Assembly: GCA_040007675.1 (NCBI GenBank)
Contig: JBDTUO010000001.1
Coordinates: forward strand, 1 to 40,842
DNA from: Rubrivivax sp.
GTDB taxonomy: Bacteria; Pseudomonadota; Gammaproteobacteria; Burkholderiales; Burkholderiaceae_C
Reading direction: 5' to 3'
Length of the DNA stretch: 40,842 nucleotides
The notes below the pieces were generated by a model, which saw only the letters and a list, made by a program, of their open reading frames with translations, was not told the DNA's origin and made no database searches. Both the position numbers and the translations under genes were made by a program. How positions within the stretch are numbered: the first letter of the stretch is position 1; the number at the start of each line of letters is the position of its first letter. Positions 28,619 to 37,868 of the stretch are shown here, in pieces.

Positions 28619-29058
28619 CGGTCCGAGCCGGGCTGTTGTCACTGGCAGCGCTGCTGCTGGCTCTGCCGGCCGCTGCGGCGCAGGACGCGGTGCGGGCACG
28701 CACGCACTACATCCACCACTGCACCGGCTGCCACCTGATGGACGGGCGGGGGGTGCCCAGCAAGGGCATCCCGTCGATGCGCAATACGCTGGACCGGTTT
28801 CTGAAGGTGCAGGGTGGCCGCGAATACATCGTGCAGGTGCCGGGGGTGATGAATTCGCCGCTCAACGACGGCGACATAGCCAACCTGATGAACTGGCTAT
28901 TGCCCTACGTCACAGCCGATGGTCAGCTGCAGGGGATGCAGCCTTACAGCGCCGAGGAGATCGCGAGCCTGCGCAAGACCCGCCCGGTCGACGTCGACGG
29001 CACGCGTCGGCATCTGGTGAGCGGCTTGCGCGCGGCGGGCATTCAGATCGACGAGTAA
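28615..29058 (+). CDS. Periplasmic monoheme cytochrome c
   Basis: ATGA overlap with mauA; signal peptide; single CTGCH motif; GREYIVQVPGV. Confidence 0.85.
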   Translation: MTVRAGLLSLAALLLALPAAAAQDAVRARTHYIHHCTGCHLMDGRGVPSKGIPSMRNTLDRFLKVQGGREYIVQVPGVMNSPLNDGDIANLMNWLLPYVTADGQLQGMQPYSAEEIASLRKTRPVDVDGTRRHLVSGLRAAGIQIDE

Positions 29059-29150
29059 GCTCAGGCGACCGGCCCCGGCAGGCGGTGCCGGGCCAAGTGC
29101 AGTCGTTGCGGTTGTCATGGTCGAGCGACGCTCAACAGGACTCAGGGCTG

Positions 29151-29774
29151 ATGGCAAAGGGGGTCTCGCGCCGCAATGCACTCTCGAGCGTGCTGGCGTT
29201 TGGCGGCATCACCGGGCTGTTGGGTGTACAGGCCCGCGGTGAGGTCCGACGGCTCCTGCCCGCGGACCGCATCCGTCCTCCGGGGGCGCTGCGCGAATCC
29301 GGTTTTCTCGAGGCCTGCGTGCGCTGCGGCCTGTGCGTCCAGGCCTGCCCATATGACACCCTGAATTTGGCCGATCTCGGGGCATCGGTGCCCGCCGGCA
29401 CGCCTTACTTCGTCGCTCGGCAGACAGCCTGCGAGATGTGCATAACCATCCCCTGCGTGGCGGCTTGCCCGACCGGGGCGCTGCGATCATCGCTAACCGA
29501 TATCACCGATGCCGCGATGGGTCTGGCCGAACTCAGCGCGCCTGGGCGCTGCCTGAGCACCACCGGGGCTGCGTACTGCGACAGTTGTTTCCAGGCCTGC
29601 CCGGTCAAGGGCCTAGCCCTGCGTATGCAGCCCGGTCACACCGCGCGTGGCGGCAACTTCACGCCGTTCGTCGATGCCGGGTACTGCACCGGCTGCGGCT
29701 GCTGCGAGGCCGCCTGCGTTCTCCAGGGCAACGCCGCGATCACCGTGCGCGCCAACCATGTCGCGCAGCGTTGA
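29151..29774 (+). CDS. mauM: MauM/NapG-type periplasmic polyferredoxin
   Basis: Tat-like SRRNAL; RPPGA, CVRCGLCVQACP, CEMC...CVAACP, CDSCFQACP, CTGCGCCEAAC. Confidence 0.85.
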   Translation: MAKGVSRRNALSSVLAFGGITGLLGVQARGEVRRLLPADRIRPPGALRESGFLEACVRCGLCVQACPYDTLNLADLGASVPAGTPYFVARQTACEMCITIPCVAACPTGALRSSLTDITDAAMGLAELSAPGRCLSTTGAAYCDSCFQACPVKGLALRMQPGHTARGGNFTPFVDAGYCTGCGCCEAACVLQGNAAITVRANHVAQR

Positions 29775-30660
29775 GGCCGGCCCTGGCGCCGGTGCGCCGG
29801 CATCGGCGCCTGCGCATGCGTGGTGGTGGCGCAGCCGTTGGCTGCTGGCGCGACGCGCGAGCCAGTTGCTGGTGCTCGGCCTGTTCCTGCTCGGACCCTG
29901 GTTCGGGCTGTGGCTGGCGCGGGGCACCCTGGCCTCGAGCGAACTTTTCGGCATGCTGAGGCTGACCGATCCGTTCGTTGCGCTGCAGAGCCTGCTCGCC
30001 CGCCACACGCTGGAGGCGGGCATGCTGGCCGGCGCGGTGATCGTCGCGTCGATCTACGTCGTCGCCGGCGGGCGCGCCTATTGCGCCTGGGTCTGCCCGA
30101 TCAACCCGGTCACCGATCTGGCTGCCTGGCTGCGAACGAAGCTTGGCCTGCGCAGCCGGTCCGGTGGTCTCGGCCTCGACCGCCGGCTGCGCTACGTCGT
30201 GCTCGGGATCGCGCTTGCGCTTTCAGCGCTGCTGGGCAGCGTGGTCTGGGAGACGCTGAACCCGATCACGCTGCTGCAGCGGGCGATGGTGTTCGGGCTG
30301 GCCGGCGGCTATGGCGCCGCACTCGCGGTCTTCGGTTTCGACCTGCTGGTGCTGCCGCGCGGCTGGTGCGGCCATCTGTGCCCGGTGGGGGCCTTCTACG
30401 GCGTACTCGGCCGGGTGGCGCTGTTGCACGTCAGTGCGGCACACCGTGATCGCTGCACAACTTGCGGCGACTGTTTTCGGGTGTGCCCCGAGCCGCACGT
30501 AATAGCACCGGCGTTGTACGGCGCAGCGCAGGGCCGTTCACCCGTGATCCGCAGTGCAGACTGCATCCGCTGCGCGCGCTGTCTCGACGTCTGCGCCGAG
30601 GCGGTGTTTCGTTTCGAGCTGCGACCAGCGGGGCGATCGATCACCCAAAAGGACAAGTGA
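29758..30660 (+). CDS. mauN: MauN/NapH-type membrane ferredoxin (quinol dehydrogenase subunit)
   Basis: GRAYCAWVCP, GWCGHLCPVG, CTTCGDCFRVCP, CIRCARCLDVC; membrane segments. Confidence 0.87.
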   Translation: MSRSVEAGPGAGAPASAPAHAWWWRSRWLLARRASQLLVLGLFLLGPWFGLWLARGTLASSELFGMLRLTDPFVALQSLLARHTLEAGMLAGAVIVASIYVVAGGRAYCAWVCPINPVTDLAAWLRTKLGLRSRSGGLGLDRRLRYVVLGIALALSALLGSVVWETLNPITLLQRAMVFGLAGGYGAALAVFGFDLLVLPRGWCGHLCPVGAFYGVLGRVALLHVSAAHRDRCTTCGDCFRVCPEPHVIAPALYGAAQGRSPVIRSADCIRCARCLDVCAEAVFRFELRPAGRSITQKDK

Positions 30661-30863
30661 ATCGCCCCGGTTTTCGTGCAAGGCTGAACCGCCGAACGGC
30701 TCTCCTCATCGCCGTTACTGACGCGGCTGGATGGCGATTGGCTTCGCTACTGGCGTCGGTGGGGTCTGCGTTCATCGAGTGAGGTTTCAGGGGGTCTCGC
30801 GACACCCCTGGCGGCCGGAAAGTCCAGCGTTGTGCCGGTTTGGCGTTGCACGACGCAAACCGG

Positions 30864-30977
30864 TTACCGATCAGTAACTTCTTGCTTGACACCCTGGATA
30901 CCGAGGAAAAAACTTACCGATAGGTAACTTGAAGAGCCTGCCATGGCGTCCACGGCGCAAGACTTACCGATCGGTCA
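30864..30977. promoter_or_regulatory. Three palindromic operator-like boxes (consensus TTACCGATCGGTAA) and a sigma70 -35 for hipBA
   Basis: TTACCGATCAGTAA at 30864, TTACCGATAGGTAA at 30914, TTACCGATCGGTCA at 30964; TTGACA at 30886-30891. Confidence 0.75.
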
Positions 30978-31227
30978 CTCGAATGCGGCAGAAACCCCGA
31001 TCCGCTCCTCTGTGGAAATGGGAGCCGTCATCCGCGAGCAGCGCAAGCGGCTGGCTTTGAGGCAGCTCGACCTGGCGGGCCTGGGCAACACCGGCAACCG
31101 CTTCATCGTCGACCTGGAAAACGGCAAGCCGACGGTGCAGCTGCAGAAGGTGCTGGACCTCATGGACCTGCTGGGCCTGGAGGTAGTGGTGCGCACCAAG
31201 GCCTCGCGGTCGACGCCATCGCTGTGA
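30943..31227 (+). CDS. hipB: HipB-like XRE/HTH antitoxin
   Basis: IREQRKRLALRQLDLA...FIVDLENGKPTVQLQKVL helix-turn-helix; immediately upstream of a HipA homologue. Confidence 0.82.
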   Translation: MASTAQDLPIGHSNAAETPIRSSVEMGAVIREQRKRLALRQLDLAGLGNTGNRFIVDLENGKPTVQLQKVLDLMDLLGLEVVVRTKASRSTPSL

Positions 31228-31234
31228 GAGCCGC

Positions 31235-32494
31235 GTGATGCAGCCCAGGCCCGACCGGCTGAACGTCTACTACGCCAGCGCCCGCGTCGGTGCCGTGTAC
31301 GACAGCGCGCCGCTGGCCTTCGAGTACGCACCCGACTGGCTGGGCGGTCCCCAGCGCATGTCACTCGCCGCCATCCCGTTGCAGCCCGGGCGGCAGGCCA
31401 CGCCCGCAGTGCAAGCATTCTTCGAGAACCTGCTGCCCGAGGGCGAGCTGCGCGACTACCTGGCCGCGCAGCGCAAGGCGTCCACCCTCTTCTCGCTGCT
31501 GCTGGAGGTGGCTGGCGACACCGCTGGTGCCTTCGTGCTGGTGGCGCCCGGCCAGACGCCCGAAGCGCCGACCTACCGGGCCACGACCTGGGTAGCCATC
31601 GCCGCCATCCTGGCCAAGCAGTCGGCCGCAGCCATCGATATCCACGAGCGAGGCGCACGCATTTCGCTGGCCGGCGCGCAGGACAAGACCAGCCTGGCGA
31701 TCTTCGACGACGGCGTGCCCCGGCTGCCCAAGGGCACGTCGCCGTCCACGCACATCCTCAAGCCCAACATCCGGCGCCTGGCCAAGGTCTGGCACTCGGC
31801 CGCGAACGAATCCATCGTGATGCGCGCTGCGGCCCGGGCCGGCCTGCCGACCGCAGAGGTCTTCTACGAGCCGCACACCGAAGCCTGCGTCGTGCGCCGC
31901 TTCGACCGCCGACTGCGTCCTGATGGAACGCTGGCGCGGCTGGTGCAGTACGACCTGTGCCAACTGGCCCGCATCGTGTCGAATCGCAAGTACGAGAAGG
32001 AAGGCGGCCCGGGCCTCGCCGCCTGCGCCGAGATGATCCGCCGCTACAGCACGCAGCCTGCCGTCGACCTGCGCCACCTGGTGCGCTGGGTGTTCTTCAA
32101 CCTCTACGTCGGCAACAACGACAGCCATGCCAAGAACCTGTCGATCTACAGCGTGCCCGGTCAGGGAGCGACGCTGACGCCGTTCTACGACCTGATGTGC
32201 ACGCGGCTGCACCCCGGGCTGTCGCCGGAGTTCGCCTTTGCGATCGGTGGCGAGGTCAGGCCGGGCGAGATGAGCGGGAAGCAACTGGCGCTGATGGCCA
32301 GGCAGCTGGGCATGCAGCCGCGCTTTCTGGCTCAGCAGGCGCGGGACATGGCCGACCGCGTGCCGAAGGCCTTTGGCCAGGCTGCACACGAGATCGCGCC
32401 CGCGCTGACGCCCTCGGCTCGCACCCTCGCCGAGCGGCTCGAGCGCTTCGTGTCGGCGACCACCAAGAGGCTGGCAGCGCGCTTGACCGCCTGA
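31235..32494 (+). CDS. hipA: HipA-family Ser/Thr kinase toxin
   Basis: FFENLLPEG (N-terminal domain), SLAGAQDK P-loop, HILKP, RFDR, GNNDSHAKNLS, LTPFYDL. Confidence 0.92.
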   Translation: MMQPRPDRLNVYYASARVGAVYDSAPLAFEYAPDWLGGPQRMSLAAIPLQPGRQATPAVQAFFENLLPEGELRDYLAAQRKASTLFSLLLEVAGDTAGAFVLVAPGQTPEAPTYRATTWVAIAAILAKQSAAAIDIHERGARISLAGAQDKTSLAIFDDGVPRLPKGTSPSTHILKPNIRRLAKVWHSAANESIVMRAAARAGLPTAEVFYEPHTEACVVRRFDRRLRPDGTLARLVQYDLCQLARIVSNRKYEKEGGPGLAACAEMIRRYSTQPAVDLRHLVRWVFFNLYVGNNDSHAKNLSIYSVPGQGATLTPFYDLMCTRLHPGLSPEFAFAIGGEVRPGEMSGKQLALMARQLGMQPRFLAQQARDMADRVPKAFGQAAHEIAPALTPSARTLAERLERFVSATTKRLAARLTA

Positions 32495-32686
32495 AGGCCG
32501 CCGCCGTAGACAGACCCATCCATCGGAGAACTGACCCACCAGATCGCCATCGTCATCGGCGTCCTCGCCCCGCTGCTATCGGCCCGACCCGCTCATTCAC
32601 ATCAATCCGGACGGTTCCGGCGCCCGTTGCCGAATGCACACCGGCGGAGGCGATGAGCCCGTCCGGAGCACGGAAGCACAAGCCTC

Positions 32687-32797
32687 ATGCAGGCTGCCGA
32701 TACCATGCCCGAGCTGTCGCGCGTGTTCGAGCACGTCCGCCTGACCCAGGGCATCACGAACACTGAAACCAGCATCCTGCCCGCCAGCTTTCGCTGA
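32687..32797 (+). pseudogene. C-terminal remnant of an Lrp/AsnC-family regulator
   Basis: AADTMPELSRVFEHVRLTQGITNTETSILPASFR* resembles the end of the Lrp/AsnC ligand-binding domain; in-frame stop upstream at 32654 and no HTH. Confidence 0.5.
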
Positions 32798-32806
32798 CCA
32801 CACGCC

Positions 32807-33763
32807 ATGCGCGACCACGACGCCACTGCCACACGCGAGGCCCTGTCCTTCGAGCGACTGATTCCGGCGCTGCGCGACATGTTCAGCCAGGGCTGCGTGG
32901 TCCCCCAACGCCATAGCCATCGGATCACTGACGGCGGCGGCAACGAGATCACCTCGCTGATCATGCCGGCCTGGCTGCCCGGGCGCTACTACGGCATCAA
33001 GACGGTCAACATCGCGCCCGCGAACACCCGCGTCGGGCTGCCCGGCCTGCACTCGACCTACCTGCTCTACGACGCCGTCACGGGCGCGCCTCTCGCCCGG
33101 ATAGACGGTGACCAGATCACCGCGCGTCGCACCGCAGCCGCGTCGGCGTTGGCCGGGTCATGGCTGGCGCGGCCCGATGCCCGGCACCTGCTGGTGGTCG
33201 GTGCCGGGCAGGTGGCCCGTCTGCTGCCGGAGGCCTACCTAACGGTGCGGCCCATCGAGCGGGTGACGGTATGGGCGCGCGACAGCGCGAAAGCCGATGC
33301 CTTCGCCGGCGAGTTGCGCAAGCGCGGCTGGGACGCACACAGCACCACCCACCTGGACGCGGCGGTCGGCACAGCCGACATCGTCAGCTGTGCCACCTTG
33401 GCCACCGCTCCGGTCGTGGCCGGGCACTGGTTGGGGCCCGGCAGCCACCTCGACCTGATAGGCAGTTTCACCCCGGCGATGCGCGAGGCCGACGACGCCT
33501 GCTTTGCCGGCGCGGCGCTCTATGTCGATACCGACGAAGCGCTGGCCAAGTGCGGCGACTTGCTGGGCCCGATGTCGCGTGGCGTGTTCGGTCCCGGTGA
33601 TGTCAAGGGGACACTCGCCCAATTGGCGCGAGGGCAAGTGAGCGGCCGCGCCACGGCCGAACAGCGAACCGTGTTCAAGTCGGTCGGCACGGCGCTGGAG
33701 GACCTGGCGGCGGCGATCCTGGTCCACGAGACCACGCTCGGGGCGGAGCCGACGCAGGCTTGA
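32807..33763 (+). CDS. Ornithine cyclodeaminase/mu-crystallin family protein (cyclic imine reductase-like)
   Basis: MPAW, GIKTVN, TARRTAAASA, VVGAGQVA, FKSVGTALEDLAAA. Confidence 0.9.
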   Translation: MRDHDATATREALSFERLIPALRDMFSQGCVVPQRHSHRITDGGGNEITSLIMPAWLPGRYYGIKTVNIAPANTRVGLPGLHSTYLLYDAVTGAPLARIDGDQITARRTAAASALAGSWLARPDARHLLVVGAGQVARLLPEAYLTVRPIERVTVWARDSAKADAFAGELRKRGWDAHSTTHLDAAVGTADIVSCATLATAPVVAGHWLGPGSHLDLIGSFTPAMREADDACFAGAALYVDTDEALAKCGDLLGPMSRGVFGPGDVKGTLAQLARGQVSGRATAEQRTVFKSVGTALEDLAAAILVHETTLGAEPTQA

Positions 33764-33998
33764 GGCACGCGGCCGGCGATCCGCCGAAGTAGCCCTTCAG
33801 TACACCGAAACCGTCGAGCGGCAGCACCAGTGCGACGTACTGGTCGGGCCTGACGACGCCGTAGATCCCCTTGTGCGGCTTCAGGGCGCGTGTCGTTGAG
33901 CCAGCGAGGGCGCGGCGAATCCGACCCCGCGCGGCGCAGCGGCTTCGGCGATCGCCGGGCACCGTCATGCCCGCACGCGCCGGCCGGCCTGGTCTGGT

Positions 33999-34571
33999 TC
34001 AGCTGCTGCGCGGCATCACGGTCAGCACGCGCACGATGAAGGCGTGCAGTTCCGTCATGTAGTTCTGCAGGAACTGCTTCGTGCTCTCGTCAGTGACCTC
34101 GCCATCGGCGGAGATGAGGCCAGGCTTGAACTGGATGTAAGCCTCGACCGTATTCATCAGCGGCGAGTTGCAGAAGCACAGCACCCCGCGCAGGCTTTGC
34201 TGCGCTACTGCGGTACCGATGGCCCCGGGCGAGGTGCCGATCACGCCCGAGGGCTTGCGTGCGAAGGAGTTCTTGCCCCAGGGCCTGCTGGCCCAGTCGA
34301 TCGCGTTCTTCAGCCCGCCGGGGATGGAGCGGTTGTACTCGGGCGTCACGAAGAGCACGGCATCGACATCGGCGATCGCCTGCTTCAAGTCGCGCGCCAC
34401 AGGCGGGTAGTCGGCGTCGTAGTCCGAGCTGTACAAGGGCAGATCCTTGATGGCGATCTCGCTCAGCACCAGCTCGGAAGGCGCAAGCCGAACCAGCGCC
34501 TTGGCGAGCAGGCGGTTGATCGACGTCGAGGCGAGGCTGCCGACGAAGTAACCGACCTTGTACGTGGCCAT
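33999..34571 (-). CDS. NADPH-dependent FMN reductase (ChrR/SsuE-like flavoprotein)
   Basis: AGGAGA RBS; [33 protein letters not shown]. Confidence 0.92.
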   Translation of the reverse strand: MATYKVGYFVGSLASTSINRLLAKALVRLAPSELVLSEIAIKDLPLYSSDYDADYPPVARDLKQAIADVDAVLFVTPEYNRSIPGGLKNAIDWASRPWGKNSFARKPSGVIGTSPGAIGTAVAQQSLRGVLCFCNSPLMNTVEAYIQFKPGLISADGEVTDESTKQFLQNYMTELHAFIVRVLTVMPRSS

Positions 34572-34762
34572 GCGAGTCTCCTGGGAAGGTGGCGGTGGCG
34601 AGGCTTGTACGCCTACCCCTGGCGTTCCACAAGGCGGGGTCGCGGCAGGCAGCTGGGAGGCGCGCGTCGCAACTACGCGAAGGCAAAGGCGGCCGCGTGC
34701 GGCGCGCGCAACAAGATACAGTTGCGCTGCTGTTTCGTCGTCCTGGCGCCGAACTCGATGTT

Positions 34763-34783
34763 CAGGTGCAGACCATCGAATGA
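34763..34783 (+). mobile_element. Possible attachment-site scar: orphan copy of the yicC 3' end
   Basis: CAGGTGCAGACCATCGAATGA = QVQTIE*, similar to the YicC C-terminus QVQNIE*, at the usual yicC position just before gmk, with no yicC body upstream. Confidence 0.45.
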
Positions 34784-34796
34784 CCGGGGTCCCCGA

Positions 34797-35435
34797 ATGA
34801 CGCTGACTGTCGCGCCCGACATGCCGGGCAACCTGTTCGTCGTCGCCGCACCGAGCGGCGCCGGCAAGTCGAGCCTGGTCAAGGCGCTGCTCGAACTGGA
34901 TTCGCGGCTGGCGGTGTCGCTGTCGCACACGACCCGCGCGCCGCGCGGCCAGGAGCAGCCAGGGCGCGAGTACTGGTTCGTCGACGACGCCACGTTTCAC
35001 GCGATGGTCGAGCGCGAGGAGTTCTTCGAGTGGGCGAACGTGCACGGGCACCTCTACGGCACTTCGCGCACCGCGATCGAGGCGCGCCTTCAGCGCGGCG
35101 AGGACGTCGTGCTGGAGATCGACTGGCAGGGGGCGCTGCAGATCAAGCGGCTGTTCGCGCACGCCGTGCTGATCTTCATCCTGCCGCCGAGCTGGGACGA
35201 ACTGCGGCAGCGCCTGCAACGCCGCGGCGAGGACCGGCCGGACGTGATCGAGACCCGGATGCGCAATGCGCGCGCAGAGGTGCCCCATGCGCGGGATTTC
35301 GACTTCGTTATAATCAACAGCTTGTTCGAGACGGCGCTGTTCGACCTGAAGACGGTCGTGCACTCCCAGCGCCTGAAGTACGCGGCCCAGTTCCGCAACC
35401 GCTCCCAGGTGTTTGCTGCGCTCGGACTGCGCTGA
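34797..35435 (+). CDS. gmk: Guanylate kinase
   Basis: APSGAGKS P-loop, [26 protein letters not shown]; start ATG 34797 or 34821. Confidence 0.96.
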   Translation: MTLTVAPDMPGNLFVVAAPSGAGKSSLVKALLELDSRLAVSLSHTTRAPRGQEQPGREYWFVDDATFHAMVEREEFFEWANVHGHLYGTSRTAIEARLQRGEDVVLEIDWQGALQIKRLFAHAVLIFILPPSWDELRQRLQRRGEDRPDVIETRMRNARAEVPHARDFDFVIINSLFETALFDLKTVVHSQRLKYAAQFRNRSQVFAALGLR

Positions 35436-35511
35436 GCAGTCTACCGACCCTCCGTTCGACCCCGGCCGAACGACCACCGATCTCCCGACGACCCACCGAG
35501 GCACAAACCCC

Positions 35512-35715
35512 ATGGCGCGCATCACCGTCGAAGACTGCCTGCAACGGATCCCGAACCGCTTCCAGCTCGTGCTCGCGGCCACCTACCGCGCTCGCATGCT
35601 GAGCCAGGGCCACGCGCCCAAGGTCGAGACGAAGAACAAGCCCGGCGTGACCGCGCTGCGCGAGATCGCCGCCGGCGAAATCGGGATCGAGATGCTCAAG
35701 AAGGTGCCGCTCTGA
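35512..35715 (+). CDS. rpoZ: RNA polymerase omega subunit
   Basis: [32 protein letters not shown], 67 aa, downstream of gmk. Confidence 0.97.
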   Translation: MARITVEDCLQRIPNRFQLVLAATYRARMLSQGHAPKVETKNKPGVTALREIAAGEIGIEMLKKVPL

Positions 35716-35752
35716 CCCTCTGACCGCTAGTCACGGCTGACGCCAGGCACAC

Positions 35753-35782
35753 ACGGGCGCCCATCGGGCGCCCGTTCTCATT
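35753..35782 (+). terminator. Putative intrinsic terminator between convergent rpoZ and sensor kinase
   Basis: Perfect 10-bp stem ACGGGCGCCC-ATC-GGGCGCCCGT followed by TCTCATT. Confidence 0.6.
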
Positions 35783-35808
35783 GCATGGCCCGCGCGCGAG
35801 CTGCTGCC

Positions 35809-37152
35809 TCAGTGGGTGGCGAGCGTGAACCCCACGCGCGTCGTGCCGGCGGCCGATTCGGCGAGCGTGCGACCGGCGTGCATGCGCGCGATCGCCGCGA
35901 CGATCGCCAGGCCGAGGCCGTGGTGCTGCTCCTCGCCGTCGCAGCAGCGCGACGAGTCGGCGCGGAAGAAGCGGTCGAACAGCTGCGGCAGGTGCTCGCT
36001 CGCGATCGCGCAGCCGGCGTTCTCCACCGTCACGCGCACCTGCTCCGGCGCGTCCGGGACGATAGAGACGACCACCGTCGAGCCGCGCTCGGCGAACCGC
36101 GTGGCGTTGCCGATCAGGTTCGACAGCGCGCGTTTGAACAGTGCCTCGTCGACCGCGACCGCCGCGTCGCCGTCGACGCGCAGCGTGAGCCCGGCCTCCT
36201 CCAGCGTGCCCTCGTGGAACTCGGCCACGCCGGCCGCCAGCGCCGCCAGGCTCACCGGCGCGCCACGGCGCGCAGTCGCGCCCCGGTCGGCCTGCGACAG
36301 GAAAAGCATGTCGTTCACGAGCGCGGACAGCCGCTGCATCTCCTCGAGGTTAGACACCATCGTCTCGCGCAGCGACTCGGCCGGCCGCTCGCGCGACAGC
36401 GCCAGTTCGGTCTGCCCCATCAGCGTCGCCAGCGGCGTGCGCAGCTCGTGGGCGACGTCGGCGTTGAACGCCTCGAGGTGGCGGTAGGCCTGCTCCAGCC
36501 GGTCCATCAGCGCGTTGAACTGCACGATCCAGGGCAACAACTCTTCCGCCGGATCGACCAGCGACAGGCGCTGGTCGAGCTGGCGTGGCGAAATCGCGCG
36601 CGTCTGCGTTGCCAGCTCGCGCAGCGGCGCCAGCTGACGGCGCACATGCCAGCCGGCACCGGCCCAGGCCAGCGCGCCGGCCGCCAGCGTCACCGCCACC
36701 AGCAGCCAGGCCCAGCGGCTGCCGAGCTGCGCGATCTCGGTGTAGTCGACGCTGTAACGCCCTTGCAGCACGCCGCCGGGCAGGCCCGGCGCGGCGATCG
36801 TGAAGTCGTGTGACTTGACGTGGCCGGACGCCTGCAGCATCGGCGTCAGGGCGTCGGCATACAGCGCACGCCCGTCGCTGCGCCAGACCTCGAGCCGCGT
36901 GTCGCGCCGCATCCCGGCGTCGGCCTGCAGGCGGGCCAGCACCGCGGGCTCGCCGCCGCGGCTCGCCTCGAGCGAAACGATGTCGGAGATCAGGTCGCAG
37001 CGTGCCTTCAGGTCGCGCCCGCTGCGCTCCTTCAGCAGCATCTCCACCGACAGCCAGCTCGTCGCGAACAGCGCGCCGAGCATCAGCATCGTGAACACGG
37101 CCAGCTTGCGCGAAAGCCGGCGCCCGATCGAATGGGTGCAGGGCGCGATCAC
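35809..37152 (-). CDS. Heavy-metal-type (CusS/CzcS-like) sensor histidine kinase
   Basis: Two membrane segments, HAMP region, [14 protein letters not shown]-box, [22 protein letters not shown]. Confidence 0.9.
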   Translation of the reverse strand: MIAPCTHSIGRRLSRKLAVFTMLMLGALFATSWLSVEMLLKERSGRDLKARCDLISDIVSLEASRGGEPAVLARLQADAGMRRDTRLEVWRSDGRALYADALTPMLQASGHVKSHDFTIAAPGLPGGVLQGRYSVDYTEIAQLGSRWAWLLVAVTLAAGALAWAGAGWHVRRQLAPLRELATQTRAISPRQLDQRLSLVDPAEELLPWIVQFNALMDRLEQAYRHLEAFNADVAHELRTPLATLMGQTELALSRERPAESLRETMVSNLEEMQRLSALVNDMLFLSQADRGATARRGAPVSLAALAAGVAEFHEGTLEEAGLTLRVDGDAAVAVDEALFKRALSNLIGNATRFAERGSTVVVSIVPDAPEQVRVTVENAGCAIASEHLPQLFDRFFRADSSRCCDGEEQHHGLGLAIVAAIARMHAGRTLAESAAGTTRVGFTLATH

Positions 37153-37832
37153 GCGCGTTCCTCCAGCACGTAGCCCATGCCGCGCACGGTGTGCAGCAGC
37201 TTGGCGGGAAAGGGATCGTCGAGTTTGGCGCGCAGCCGACGCACCGCGACCTCGACGACGTTGGTGTCTGAATCGAAGTGCATGTCCCAGACTTGCTCGG
37301 CCAGCGTCGTGCGCGAGAGGATCTGCCCGCGCCGACGCAGCAGCAGCGTCAGCAGGTTGAACTCCTTGGCCGTCAGCTCCAGCCGCTGCTCGCCACGCTG
37401 CGCGCGCCGGCTCAGCAGGTCGATTTCCAGGTCGGCCAGACGCAGCGCCGTGACCGGCTGGCCCGGCCCGGTCGCCCCGCGCCTGCCGAGCGCCCCGACC
37501 CGCGCCAGCAGTTCGGAGAACGCGAACGGCTTGACGAGGTAGTCGTCGGCGCCCTGCTCGAGGCCGCGCACGCGGTCCTCGACCTTGTCACGCGCGGTCA
37601 GCATCAACACCGGCAGCTGGCGCTTCTCGGCCCGGATCGCGGCCAGCACGCCGAAGCCGTCGACGCCCGGCAGCATCAGGTCGAGCAAGACGAGGTCGTA
37701 CTCACCGCCAGTCGCCAGGCGGCGGCCTTCGATGCCGTCGTGCGCAAGGTCGACGACATGCCCGTTCTCGCTCAGTCCCTTGTGCAGGTACTGCGCGAGT
37801 TTGATTTCGTCCTCGATGACCAGGAGTCGCAT
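37149..37832 (-). CDS. Heavy-metal-type (CusR/CopR-like) OmpR-family response regulator
   Basis: [62 protein letters not shown]. Confidence 0.92.
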   Translation of the reverse strand: MRLLVIEDEIKLAQYLHKGLSENGHVVDLAHDGIEGRRLATGGEYDLVLLDLMLPGVDGFGVLAAIRAEKRQLPVLMLTARDKVEDRVRGLEQGADDYLVKPFAFSELLARVGALGRRGATGPGQPVTALRLADLEIDLLSRRAQRGEQRLELTAKEFNLLTLLLRRRGQILSRTTLAEQVWDMHFDSDTNVVEVAVRRLRAKLDDPFPAKLLHTVRGMGYVLEERA

Positions 37833-37868
37833 GGTGCACGAATGGTGCCACTTCCGCGCCCGCGCCGC

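Noticed and set aside
29151-30660. napGH as evidence of a periplasmic nitrate reductase operon
   Set aside because: No napA, napB, napC or napD in the window; the position after mauA and the cytochrome fits mauMN.
30864-30977. 50-bp-periodic repeats as a mini CRISPR array
   Set aside because: The repeats are only 14-17 bp, there are three imperfect copies, no cas genes are present, and they overlap the promoter and start of an HTH gene, which fits operators.
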